From Parcubacteria group bacterium (GTDB lineage Bacteria > Patescibacteriota > Minisyncoccia > Phycocordibacterales > Zambryskibacteraceae): DNA of 64,000 nucleotides. Made by a program: the position numbers and the translations under genes. Positions within the stretch are counted from its first letter, which is position 1. Each line of letters begins with the position of its first letter. This document shows, in pieces, positions 26,371 to 35,010 of this stretch. Where the stretch lies: assembly GCA_028286565.1 (NCBI GenBank), contig JAQBRH010000004.1:122168-186167 (forward strand), written 5' to 3'. The notes below the pieces were generated by a model. It saw nothing but the letters and a program-made list of their open reading frames with translations, did no database searches and was not told where the DNA came from.

Positions 26371-28200
26371 TTATCTCATAAGCCTGAACTTGAGGAATTC
26401 CTTGATGGTCATACTTAGCTCCTCTCCCGCCGGCTTAAGGGTCTCGAGCGCCAAAGCGCTCTTAACGGACTCATCGGATGCACTCGCGTCGGCGATCTTC
26501 TGCAAAGCCTCGGCGACGCTAGTGTGCTCCGGATCGATCGAATTGTAGATGCTTTCCGAAACCCCGAGCTCATGGCTCAGTTCTACAGGACTTACTTCAG
26601 ACAAAGGAAGGATAGGTTCATGCAGATCTATAGAATTATCCATGGCCTTCGATATTTCCGGCTTGGTATCCATAAGGCCGTGGAGCTTATTGACCTTCTC
26701 TTGGACGAGATCAGAAATTTTGTACGCGGGCTCGGGAGGAGCTTCGTGGATAGGCAGGACCGGTCCTGCGTGAGGCAAAGCAGTTACAGTTTCTGCCTCG
26801 GGGACGGCTTCATGCACTTCTACCTCCGGGACAAGAGCAGTGTGGGCCGTATCTACTGATGAAAGATCGGCCCTCGCTTCGAGAGCGACCGCTTGGACAT
26901 GCGCTAAATTTTCCCACAGACGATAGAAAGAGGTGGTAATGGTTTCGACCGTGGCCGCAGCTACCAAGGTCTTGCCTGCGAACCGAGCATATCGCGCCGC
27001 CATGGCCAGCCCGTCGACGGTTCCATACTGAGTGACGATCTTATCGAATTCCTGGAGGGTTTTTTCTTGTTTGGCAAAAAGGGCTTGTTTCTTTGTTTCT
27101 TTCTCTCTGGGAGAAAGTTTTGGATTGTTTTCTATTTTTGAAATTTTCTTTTCAAGGCTTTCTACGATCGAACTCACTTCCCTCTTCAGCATGCCTTGAA
27201 CGAATTTGTTCGCTTCCGCCGGAGTAGCTCTGCCCAATCTCTCCATGAGGTCTTTTGGCATCTTCTCTGTATAGGCCTTTTTGAGGTCTTCCGCCGTGAT
27301 TTCATGACCTTGGGATTCATCTTCGGCCTTTGTATAAATATTCCAAGCTTCTTCCTCTGCCTTATCCACATCAGCAAGTCTTGTCTGCTCGATCACCTCT
27401 TCGTTTTGCAGACGGACTTCTAGGGCAGCATCTCCGCCTCTGGCCACTCCGGCGCCGGCAAGCATCACGTAGCGGAGCGGAGAAGCGATGGCGTTGCCCG
27501 CAAAGTCGGCCGCGATACGTCCGTATTTCATCACATTTCCGGCCAAAGAAAGGGCATTCGAGATACGGGCGGTCTTCCCGTTCTTTGCATCAATGCCTTT
27601 TTGATACGCGGCATCGGCATCTTTAGTAAAAGAATCCCTGAGGGCGCCGCACCATTTGTTTACCGGATGATCCTCGCCGATCTTTTTTATCGTGTCCGAA
27701 TTGAACCAGCCGGCAAAGATCCTGTTCTTCTTTTCATCGAGGTTGAAGCCTATCCTATTCAGTCCCCACCCGATCTTTTCCCTTTCCGGAGCAGGGATAG
27801 CCTCTATCTCTGCCGCCGCCTTATCCTCCCAGCTTTCTTCCGATCCTTCTGAGACTTCTGAACTTCCGCCGAATAAAGACTTAGCCTTTCCCCAAAAGGT
27901 TTGCTTCTTGGATTTTTGTCTTTCAGCTACCTTGGTTAAAAATTCCGCTGAAGAATACGTAAAAGCTGGATTCGGGTCCCATGTCTCACCTTTATGAGGG
28001 TGTTTAAGTTCAGGCCCGGTCGGTTCAGGAGCGGGCGCTTCATCTTTTTTGGCCTTTGGCTCTTGTTCGATCGGCATTGCTAGAGAGATCTCTCTTTCGA
28101 GCATCTTCTCTGCTTCTTCTTGAGTAACAGGAATAGGAACTTCCACATCCCTCGGATTTTCTGGAGAATTACTCGAATTGTTCTCGAATCTTTCGGACAT
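26371..28200 (-). CDS. Large acidic hypothetical protein (609 aa) inserted between fusA and tuf
   Basis: Uninterrupted 1.8-kb ORF with no TM segment and no catalytic motif, rich in E/K/A/S. It has its own upstream terminator/promoter region (28231-28272) and a downstream terminator, so it is monocistronic. Confidence 0.7.
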   Translation of the reverse strand: MSERFENNSSNSPENPRDVEVPIPVTQEEAEKMLEREISLAMPIEQEPKAKKDEAPAPEPTGPELKHPHKGETWDPNPAFTYSSAEFLTKVAERQKSKKQTFWGKAKSLFGGSSEVSEGSEESWEDKAAAEIEAIPAPEREKIGWGLNRIGFNLDEKKNRIFAGWFNSDTIKKIGEDHPVNKWCGALRDSFTKDADAAYQKGIDAKNGKTARISNALSLAGNVMKYGRIAADFAGNAIASPLRYVMLAGAGVARGGDAALEVRLQNEEVIEQTRLADVDKAEEEAWNIYTKAEDESQGHEITAEDLKKAYTEKMPKDLMERLGRATPAEANKFVQGMLKREVSSIVESLEKKISKIENNPKLSPREKETKKQALFAKQEKTLQEFDKIVTQYGTVDGLAMAARYARFAGKTLVAAATVETITTSFYRLWENLAHVQAVALEARADLSSVDTAHTALVPEVEVHEAVPEAETVTALPHAGPVLPIHEAPPEPAYKISDLVQEKVNKLHGLMDTKPEISKAMDNSIDLHEPILPLSEVSPVELSHELGVSESIYNSIDPEHTSVAEALQKIADASASDESVKSALALETLKPAGEELSMTIKEFLKFRLMR

Positions 28201-28230
28201 GGCAAATATTTTGTAGTTTTAATATAACAC

Positions 28231-28253
28231 AAAAGCCCCGAACGGGGCTTTTG
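28231..28253. terminator. Bidirectional terminator gccccg-aa-cggggc after fusA
   Basis: 6-bp GC stem flanked by aaaa and ttttg. A TGtTATATT extended -10 follows on the minus strand, ahead of the 609-aa gene. Confidence 0.65.
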
Positions 28254-28272
28254 CTATATCTCGATCCTGTGG

Positions 28273-30441
28273 TTAGGCGGCCTTGGCCCCGGTACGGGTC
28301 TCGATGATGGTTGTGGCCACGTTCACAGGCACGACCGCATAGTGGTCGAACTCCATTGTGCTTGATCCCCGGCCTTCGGTCATCGAACGGAGGTTCGTGA
28401 CGTATCCGAACATTTCCGAAAGTGGGACCATGGCTCGGATGACCTTGAGCTCGTTCCTGTCTTCCATGGCTTCGATCTGGCCACGCTTGCCTGAGAGGTT
28501 GCCGGTGATGTCTCCCATGAACTTCTCCGGGACGACGACCTCGACCTTCATGATCGGCTCAAGGATGACCGGTTTTGCTCTCCTCGCTGCTTCCTGGAAG
28601 GCCTGGCTCGCGGCGATCTTGTAGGCGATCTCCGAGGAGTCGACGTCGTGGTATGAACCGAAGGTCAATTCTGCGGAGATATCGGTCATCTTGTAGCCGG
28701 CGAGAATGCCTCGCTCCATAGCTTCCTTGATGCCCTTCTCGACTGCGGGGATGAATTCCTGAGGGATGACTCCTCCCTTGATCGAATCGATGAATTCGAA
28801 TCCTTCTTCTCGATGAGCGTTCTTAGGCACTTTTTCTTCGGGATCGTACTGGGGAAGAGGCTTGATCTTGATCTTGACGTGTCCATACTGGCCCTTACCT
28901 CCTGTCTGCTTAATGTATTTGTTCTCGACCTCGGCTTCGCCCTGGATGGTTTCTTTGTAGGATACCTGAGGCTTGCCGACGTTCGCTTCGACGCCGAACT
29001 CTCTCTTCATGCGGTCGACGATGATCTCGAGGTGAAGCTCACCCATACCCATGATGACGGTCTCTCCTGTATCCTGGTCGGATTTAATGCGGAAGGTAGG
29101 ATCTTCGTCCGAAAGGCGCTTGAGGGCAAGGCCCATTTTCTCTTGGTCGGCCTTGGTCTTTGGTTCGATACGAAGGGAGATAACAGGCTCTGGGAAGGTG
29201 ATCTGGTCGAGGATGATCGGATTTTCTTCGTCAGAGAAGGTGTGCGAGGTCTTCGCGTCCTTCAGTCCGACGGCGGCGGCGATCTCTCCGGAGAAGACCT
29301 TCTTCACTTCCTCTCGCTGATCGGCCTGAAGGCGTACGATACGGCCGAGGCGCTCTTTCTGTCCGGTAGTTGAGTTGTATATATACGAACCTGATTCGAT
29401 CGTTCCAGAGTACACGCGGAAGAAGGTCAGCTGCCCGACGAATGGATCGGCCTGGAGCTTGAAGGCGAGAGCGGAGAATGGCTCCTCATCGGAGGCGTGG
29501 CGCTGGATCTCAAGTCCGGTGTTAGGGTCGAGGCCGGTGATAGGAGGGATGTCGAGAGGAGACGGGAGGTAGTCGACGACGGCGTCGAGGACGAGCTGAA
29601 CTCCCTTGTTCTTGAGCGCCGATCCGGCCATGACCGGGAAGATCTTGTTATCAATGACCGCTTTTCGAAGAGTATCCTTCAAAGCGGTGATGTCGATCTC
29701 TTTGCCTTCGAGGTAGGCGTTCATGAGGGCTTCGTCGTTTTCGACGATCCTCTCCACGAGTTCCGCTCGATATTTCGCCGCGTCAGCCTTGAGGTTGTCC
29801 GGGATCTCCTTTTCGACCACCGTGATACCCATGTTGCCTTCGAAGTAGTATGCCTTCATTTTCAAAAGGTCGATCACTCCGTCGTGGGCGTCTTCTTCTC
29901 CGATAGGGATCTGGAGGCGGACGGCTTTCTTTGAGAGTCGATCGAGGATCGATCTGTATGAGCGTTCAAATGATGCTCCGGTTCGGTCGAGCTTGTTGAT
30001 GAAGCAGATGCGTGGCACATGAGCTTCTTCCGCGTATCTCCAGTTGGTTTCTGATTGAGGCTCAACTCCGGCCACGCCGTCAAAGACGACGACCGCGCCG
30101 TCGAGCACGCGAAGAGATCGCTTCACTTCCACGGTGAAGTCGATGTGTCCGGGGGTGTCGATGACGTTGAATCTGACCTTTTTCTCTTTCTTCAAGCGAT
30201 CCGCGTCTGAGAAATAGCTAGGCGCCCAAAAGCAGGTGATGGCCGCGGCGGTGATGGTGATGCCTCGCTCGCGCTCCTGTTCCATCCAGTCGGTGGTCGT
30301 TCCTCCGTCGTGCACTTCCCCGATCTTGTGCTGGGCTCCGGTATAGAAAAGCACGCGCTCGGACGTGGTGGTCTTGCCGGCGTCGACGTGGGCTACGATC
30401 CCGAAGTTTCTGACCCTCTCAAGCGGATAATCTCGTTCCAT
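28273..30441 (-). CDS. fusA: Elongation factor G
   Basis: AHVDAGKTTTSE, DTPGHIDF and NKLD motifs; 722 aa covering all five EF-G domains. Confidence 0.98.
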   Translation of the reverse strand: MERDYPLERVRNFGIVAHVDAGKTTTSERVLFYTGAQHKIGEVHDGGTTTDWMEQERERGITITAAAITCFWAPSYFSDADRLKKEKKVRFNVIDTPGHIDFTVEVKRSLRVLDGAVVVFDGVAGVEPQSETNWRYAEEAHVPRICFINKLDRTGASFERSYRSILDRLSKKAVRLQIPIGEEDAHDGVIDLLKMKAYYFEGNMGITVVEKEIPDNLKADAAKYRAELVERIVENDEALMNAYLEGKEIDITALKDTLRKAVIDNKIFPVMAGSALKNKGVQLVLDAVVDYLPSPLDIPPITGLDPNTGLEIQRHASDEEPFSALAFKLQADPFVGQLTFFRVYSGTIESGSYIYNSTTGQKERLGRIVRLQADQREEVKKVFSGEIAAAVGLKDAKTSHTFSDEENPIILDQITFPEPVISLRIEPKTKADQEKMGLALKRLSDEDPTFRIKSDQDTGETVIMGMGELHLEIIVDRMKREFGVEANVGKPQVSYKETIQGEAEVENKYIKQTGGKGQYGHVKIKIKPLPQYDPEEKVPKNAHREEGFEFIDSIKGGVIPQEFIPAVEKGIKEAMERGILAGYKMTDISAELTFGSYHDVDSSEIAYKIAASQAFQEAARRAKPVILEPIMKVEVVVPEKFMGDITGNLSGKRGQIEAMEDRNELKVIRAMVPLSEMFGYVTNLRSMTEGRGSSTMEFDHYAVVPVNVATTIIETRTGAKAA

Positions 30442-30507
30442 AAAGTGATAAATTTCGGCTAAAAATAAAAAGCTCCTACGGCTTTGATGGCATTAGAATA
30501 CATGATT

Positions 30508-30538
30508 TATCCCTTTTGGGCAATAGAAAAAGCCCTAT
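30508..30538. terminator. Bidirectional terminator (agccc...gggct) downstream of the 86-aa gene
   Basis: The hairpin is flanked by A and T runs on both strands. Confidence 0.5.
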
Positions 30539-30588
30539 TGAACGCCTGGGCTTTTTCATACCAAAATTCACGCTCAGAATTTCTCGTC

Positions 30589-30849
30589 CTAGCCTGCGAG
30601 ATTTGTACTACGCGACTTTATAATAGCCTTAATCTGACTAATATCTTCCGGAGACAAATTTGCTCTTTGTATATCATGAGCAAGACCCGCTCTTTCCTCT
30701 TCATTATCCGCTAGCTCTCCAAAAAATGAAGGATTCTCTCCTTTATCTGTTTTTTCTGCCGCTTTTGTACGAAAGCGATCTCCAGCAATTGCCATCTCCT
30801 CGGCCTTCAAAGAATTGTCTACCAAATCATCTGATGATTCTATTCCCAT
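30589..30849 (-). CDS. Small acidic hypothetical protein (86 aa) inserted between rpsG and fusA
   Basis: ORF flanked by terminators on both sides, with a TGGTATACT extended -10 (30876-30885) 26 nt upstream of its ATG. No motifs. Confidence 0.5.
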   Translation of the reverse strand: MGIESSDDLVDNSLKAEEMAIAGDRFRTKAAEKTDKGENPSFFGELADNEEERAGLAHDIQRANLSPEDISQIKAIIKSRSTNLAG

Positions 30850-30894
30850 AATCTTTGATTAAATTGTTATATAAACAGTATACCAAACAAAAAA

Positions 30895-30918
30895 CTCCCT
30901 TTCGGGAGCTTTTGTTTG
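30895..30918. terminator. Bidirectional terminator ctccc-tttc-gggag after rpsG
   Basis: Perfect hairpin flanked by aaaaaa and cttttgtttg. Confidence 0.65.
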
Positions 30919-30935
30919 TATCTATATAGTGAGGA

Positions 30936-31406
30936 TTACCAAGCGAAGTGAGCGAAAGCCTTGTTGGCTTCGGCCATCTTGTGGGTATTCTCTCGCTTCT
31001 TCACCGCTTCCCCTTCGTTGTTCGAAGCCGAGATGATCTCTTCGGCGAGCTTTTCATGCATAGGCTTGCCTTTCTTCGATCGGGCGGCGTCGATGATCCA
31101 CTTCATGGAGAGCTGCTGGCGTCGCTCAGGGCGGACTTCTCGAGGGATCTGGTAGTTCGCGCCTCCGACTCGTCGGCTTCGGACTTCCATAGTAGGGCCG
31201 GTATTCTTGAGCGCAAGCTCGAAGAGTTCCAAAGGATCCTTTACCTTGGCCGTTTCTTTGATCTCGTCGAGGGCTCTGTAGACGACCGCTCGGGCGGTGG
31301 TTTTCTTGCCTTCGAGCATCACATAGTTGATGAACTTGGCGACCTTTTCTGATTCATAGACCGAATCAGGAACGATGGCTGGCTTTGTTTTAAGTTTGCG
31401 TCTCAT
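30936..31406 (-). CDS. rpsG: 30S ribosomal protein S7
   Basis: 156-aa S7 ([35 protein letters not shown]...). Confidence 0.97.
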   Translation of the reverse strand: MRRKLKTKPAIVPDSVYESEKVAKFINYVMLEGKKTTARAVVYRALDEIKETAKVKDPLELFELALKNTGPTMEVRSRRVGGANYQIPREVRPERRQQLSMKWIIDAARSKKGKPMHEKLAEEIISASNNEGEAVKKRENTHKMAEANKAFAHFAW

Positions 31407-31419
31407 TGAAAATTGTAAA

Positions 31420-31836
31420 TTACTTCCCTGCCTTAGGTCGCTTGGCTCCGTATCGGCTTCGAGACTGGCGTCTCTTGTCTACGCCCTGGGCGTCGAGAAG
31501 CCCTCGAACGATGGTATAGCGGACTCCGAGGTCCTTGACGCGTCCTCCGCGGATAACGACCACCGAGTGCTCCTGGAGGTTGTGGCCCATGCCCGGGATG
31601 TAGGCGGTCACTTCCGAGCCGTTCGAGAGGCGGACACGGGCGATCTTTCGGATAGCCGAGTTAGGCTTCTTTGGGGTCTTGGTGGTCACCTTGGTGCAGA
31701 CGCCTCGCTTGAAAGGAGAGTTAAAGAATACGGGTCGGTTCTTGATGGTATTGAACCCGCGCGTCAAAGCGATCGCCTTGGATTTCTTGGCGGTCTTGGA
31801 TCGCTTTCGTTTGACTAGCTGGTTGATTGTAGACAT
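31420..31836 (-). CDS. rpsL: 30S ribosomal protein S12
   Basis: [14 protein letters not shown]... and the [13 protein letters not shown] streptomycin loop. Start taken at the internal ATG rather than the track start. Confidence 0.97.
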   Translation of the reverse strand: MSTINQLVKRKRSKTAKKSKAIALTRGFNTIKNRPVFFNSPFKRGVCTKVTTKTPKKPNSAIRKIARVRLSNGSEVTAYIPGMGHNLQEHSVVVIRGGRVKDLGVRYTIVRGLLDAQGVDKRRQSRSRYGAKRPKAGK

Positions 31837-31898
31837 AAAAAACCTCCCAAAAGGAGACATACACTGTACTAAATCAATCTTTAAAAGGCAAGCCCCGC

Positions 31899-32519
31899 TT
31901 AGGAAAGCGGCAAACCGGTGATGAGGGTGAAGAGGCCCCCGACGATCGGCGAGACGAACCCCCAGCCGTAGAATATAAAGAGAAGGACCAGGACGAACCC
32001 GTATCTCTCGAAAAAGTGCCTCATCTTGTACATCCTCTCCGGAAAAAGGGCGAACAAGAGCTTGGAGCCGTCCAAGGGAGGCAAGGGCACGAGGTTAAAG
32101 ACTGTGAGGACGAGGTTGACGAGGACGATCATCATGGTGATCTCTGCAAATCCGGCGTTCCCTACCCCGTGAACTAGCGAGAATCTGAGGAAAAGGCCGA
32201 AAACAACGGCCAAGATCAGATTCGAAGCCGGTCCGGCCAGGGCGACGAGAGCTTCCGGCCACCTCCCCGGACGGAGATTGTATGGGTTATACGGCACGGG
32301 TTTGGCCCAGCCGAAGATGAATCCGCCCGTAAAGTAGGCGATGACGGGTACGATAAAGGACCCAACGAGATCGAGGTGCTTTAAGGGATTCAAAGTGAGT
32401 CGGCCTTCGAGCTTGGCCGTCGGGTCCCCGAGGTAATTTGCCATGTATCCGTGCGACACTTCATGAATGACCACGGACATGATAAGGATGGCTATCTGGA
32501 AGATAAAAGCGGTAGTCAT
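31899..32519 (-). CDS. Site-2 protease family (M50) membrane metalloprotease
   Basis: HEVSHG (HExxH) in a TM segment and a downstream LDG motif ([14 protein letters not shown]); 206 aa. Confidence 0.85.
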   Translation of the reverse strand: MTTAFIFQIAILIMSVVIHEVSHGYMANYLGDPTAKLEGRLTLNPLKHLDLVGSFIVPVIAYFTGGFIFGWAKPVPYNPYNLRPGRWPEALVALAGPASNLILAVVFGLFLRFSLVHGVGNAGFAEITMMIVLVNLVLTVFNLVPLPPLDGSKLLFALFPERMYKMRHFFERYGFVLVLLFIFYGWGFVSPIVGGLFTLITGLPLS

Positions 32520-32574
32520 AGATAGGTAGTATATCAGTTGCTTCTTTATGTTTATATGGTAGGATATCCCGACT

Positions 32575-32817
32575 ATGGCAAAGATTTGTCCGGTAACAAA
32601 AAAGGGATCGATGATGGCTGGAGGCTACTCCAACCGGACTCGTGCTACCCAATTCAACCCCACCGGTTCGGTCCGAAAATACACGAACCTTCAGAAAAAG
32701 AGGATCTACGTTCCCGAGCTGAAGAAGACGATCACCCTTACCCTTTCGACCAAGGCTATAAAGACCATCCAAAAGCGCGGAGCGCACTCGGTTCTGAAGA
32801 AAGCGGGCATCATCTAA
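32575..32817 (+). CDS. rpmB: 50S ribosomal protein L28
   Basis: MAKICPVTKKGSMMAGGYSNRTRATQFNPTGS... is the typical L28 N-terminus; 80 aa. Confidence 0.9.
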   Translation: MAKICPVTKKGSMMAGGYSNRTRATQFNPTGSVRKYTNLQKKRIYVPELKKTITLTLSTKAIKTIQKRGAHSVLKKAGII

Positions 32818-32835
32818 TCCGACCTTGGTCGGATT
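32807..32835 (+). terminator. rho-independent terminator after rpmB (atccgacc...ggtcggat plus T-run)
   Basis: Inverted repeat followed by tttgattcttt. Confidence 0.65.
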
Positions 32836-32900
32836 TTGATTCTTTATATAAAGCATGGTATTACAGTTGTAGAGCTGTACCGTCTCTCACTCTAGGAACC

Positions 32901-33044
32901 ATGAGGAATCTTGTCATCGCCGCCGGCGTCTTCGCTCTCGCCATCGGATACGCGGGGCTCACCGACTCCCACAAGCGCGGCCCGCGCGTCACCCACCGCT
33001 TCAAGACCCACCAAGTCCGGAGGAATGCCCTCTTCGTGTAGCTC
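32901..33044 (+). CDS. Possible 47-aa membrane-anchored peptide (MRNLVIAAGVFALAIGYAGLTDSHKRGPRVTHRFKTHQVRRNALFV)
   Basis: Hand-translated sub-ORF with AGGAA 5 nt upstream of the ATG and a weak hairpin plus T-run afterwards. Not supported by any motif. Confidence 0.25.
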
Positions 33045-33076
33045 TCCGCTCGATCATCTCTGATGTTCGGGCTTTT

Positions 33077-33934
33077 TTATTTTGTTACCAGGACTATCCC
33101 ATCCGTCTCGAATTGAATGGTGCCGAGCTCAGCCGTCGACAGGATCTTTGCGCCGATCTTTTTTAATATATCGAGCGTCTCGGCGTGAGGATGGCCGTAT
33201 GGATTATTCTTGCCTGCGGATATGATCGCGTACTCCGGAGCGACAGCCTCTGCATATGGGAGAGAAGTTGATGTGCGGGATCCATGATGCCCGGCCTTCA
33301 GAACCGTACTCTTCAAAACGGCTGGATCTAATCCAAGCAAAATGTATTCGGCTTTCTTGGTCGAATCGCCGGTGAGGAGAAATGATGTATTCCCGTACAC
33401 GAGTCGAGCGACGATCGAAGCGTCGTTCGTCTCCCAATTCGAAACGTCCTGATCCGGGAAGAGGATCTCGAGACGAACTCCGTCTCCGAAGTTCACGACC
33501 ATCCCTCTTCTCGCCAAGAGATGAGGAATATTTTTCTCATTGATCCTCCTCCGCAGTTCATCGTCGACCTTGTTCGGGGATTCAACGCCGGGTTCGAGGA
33601 AGGCTCCGACGTCGAAGCGCGATACCACGTCGGGCAATCCTCCGATGTGGTCTTTGTCCGGATGCGATTCGATCACCATGTCGATCCGCGTATCTCCAAA
33701 GGGCAATATCTTCCCGAGCTCAGTGAGAACTTTTGCATTCGGACCGCCGTCGAGGAGAATGCGCCCGTGGGTCGGTGAATCGATGAAGATCGAATCGCCC
33801 TGGCCGACGTCGAGAAAATACACATGGAGGAGATCCGATGGCTGCTTCTGCCATACGCAGATCCACACCGCCACCGAAGCCAAGAGAAGCGCCCCGAGCA
33901 ACGCTTCTCTCCAATATCGTTTTAGAAGATCCAT
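33077..33934 (-). CDS. comEC: ComEC/Rec2-type MBL-fold domain protein (C-terminal module of the DNA-uptake channel) with its own N-terminal TM anchor
   Basis: Metallo-beta-lactamase motifs (FLDVGQGDS...IESHPDKDHIGG...KAGHHGS) typical of the ComEC C-terminal domain. Confidence 0.8.
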   Translation of the reverse strand: MDLLKRYWREALLGALLLASVAVWICVWQKQPSDLLHVYFLDVGQGDSIFIDSPTHGRILLDGGPNAKVLTELGKILPFGDTRIDMVIESHPDKDHIGGLPDVVSRFDVGAFLEPGVESPNKVDDELRRRINEKNIPHLLARRGMVVNFGDGVRLEILFPDQDVSNWETNDASIVARLVYGNTSFLLTGDSTKKAEYILLGLDPAVLKSTVLKAGHHGSRTSTSLPYAEAVAPEYAIISAGKNNPYGHPHAETLDILKKIGAKILSTAELGTIQFETDGIVLVTK

Positions 33935-33959
33935 CTATTCATTATAAAAGAAAAAGACC

Positions 33960-34283
33960 CTACCCTGGTGTGGGCGGGTCTTGACGACGATCACCCTGGC
34001 GACGGTCCGTCTGTCGGCGATCGGTGTCTCTACGCCTCTCTTCTTTGAGAAGTTCGTCGACTTTGCTGCCGCGGCTTTGTATTCTTTCTTTAGTATCAGT
34101 TGAGAAGACCAGAAAGGAATGCCCATCTACTCGCACCCTTCTGTATTCTCCCCTCGCTAACCCGCCTACCAGGCTAAGGATCTCTTCCCAAGTCTTCTCG
34201 CAATCGAGTGTACCCTCCAGATCCACCAGAATGTCTGACGGATAACGGTTCTCGAAAGCCCTTCTCTGTTCGGGCGTCAACAT
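33960..34283 (-). CDS. Hypothetical protein (107 aa) with C-terminal DRRQ-type basic repeats
   Basis: ORF between the comEC MBL gene and sod. Its C-terminus RRRDTDRRQTDRRQGDRRQD is encoded by about three degenerate 15-nt tandem repeats. Confidence 0.35.
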   Translation of the reverse strand: MLTPEQRRAFENRYPSDILVDLEGTLDCEKTWEEILSLVGGLARGEYRRVRVDGHSFLVFSTDTKERIQSRGSKVDELLKEERRRDTDRRQTDRRQGDRRQDPPTPG

Positions 34284-34413
34284 GCCGCACCTGCATCGAT
34301 GAGGGTTCTGCGTACCGATTGTCTACCCCTATATGTACCATACTGGCGGGCCTCTGCAAGCAAAAGCTCCGGAAATCGGTGTATAATAAAAGCCTAAAAG
34401 TAGCCCTACAAAT

Positions 34414-35010
34414 ATGAAGATATTCGAAGAAACAAAATTTAATATTCCCGAATTAAAGGGGATCTCGGCCAAGTCGGTTGAAGAACACCTCAAGCTCTAC
34501 TCGGGGTATGTAAAGAATGCGAACACCATCCTCCAAAAGATCGACGAGTATGCGAAGGATTCTGAAGCGAATGCCTATGCCCTTGGAGAACTTCAACGGA
34601 GATTCGGGTTCGAGTTCGACGGCATGCGAAACCACGAGATATATTTCTCTCACTTTGAAGGAGCTCCAACTGCGCTCAGTGCAAGCGGATCCTTATACAA
34701 AAAAATAGAAGAGGAATTCGGATCATTCGACGGATGGCTCGCACGGTTCAAATCTATCGCTCTCACCCGCGGCGTTGGCTGGGCCGTTCTCTATGTTGAT
34801 CCGAAGACCGATCGCCTCTTGAACGCCTGGATCGACGAACAGCACCTCGGCCACCTCACGGGGCTCTCCCCCGTCCTCATGCTCGATGTATGGGAGCATT
34901 CGTTCGTTTTGGATTATCTTCCGAGCGGCAAGAAAAATTATGTTGAGGATTTCTTCGTCAACCTTAATTGGCAGACGGCTGAAGCGAACTTCGCAAACGC
35001 CAAACGATAG
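34414..35010 (+). CDS. Fe/Mn-type superoxide dismutase
   Basis: C-terminal DVWEHSF..YL signature (the D-x-WEH metal-ligand motif) and a mid-protein NHEIYF motif. The N-terminal His pair is only partly conserved (EEHLKLY). Confidence 0.8.
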   Translation: MKIFEETKFNIPELKGISAKSVEEHLKLYSGYVKNANTILQKIDEYAKDSEANAYALGELQRRFGFEFDGMRNHEIYFSHFEGAPTALSASGSLYKKIEEEFGSFDGWLARFKSIALTRGVGWAVLYVDPKTDRLLNAWIDEQHLGHLTGLSPVLMLDVWEHSFVLDYLPSGKKNYVEDFFVNLNWQTAEANFANAKR

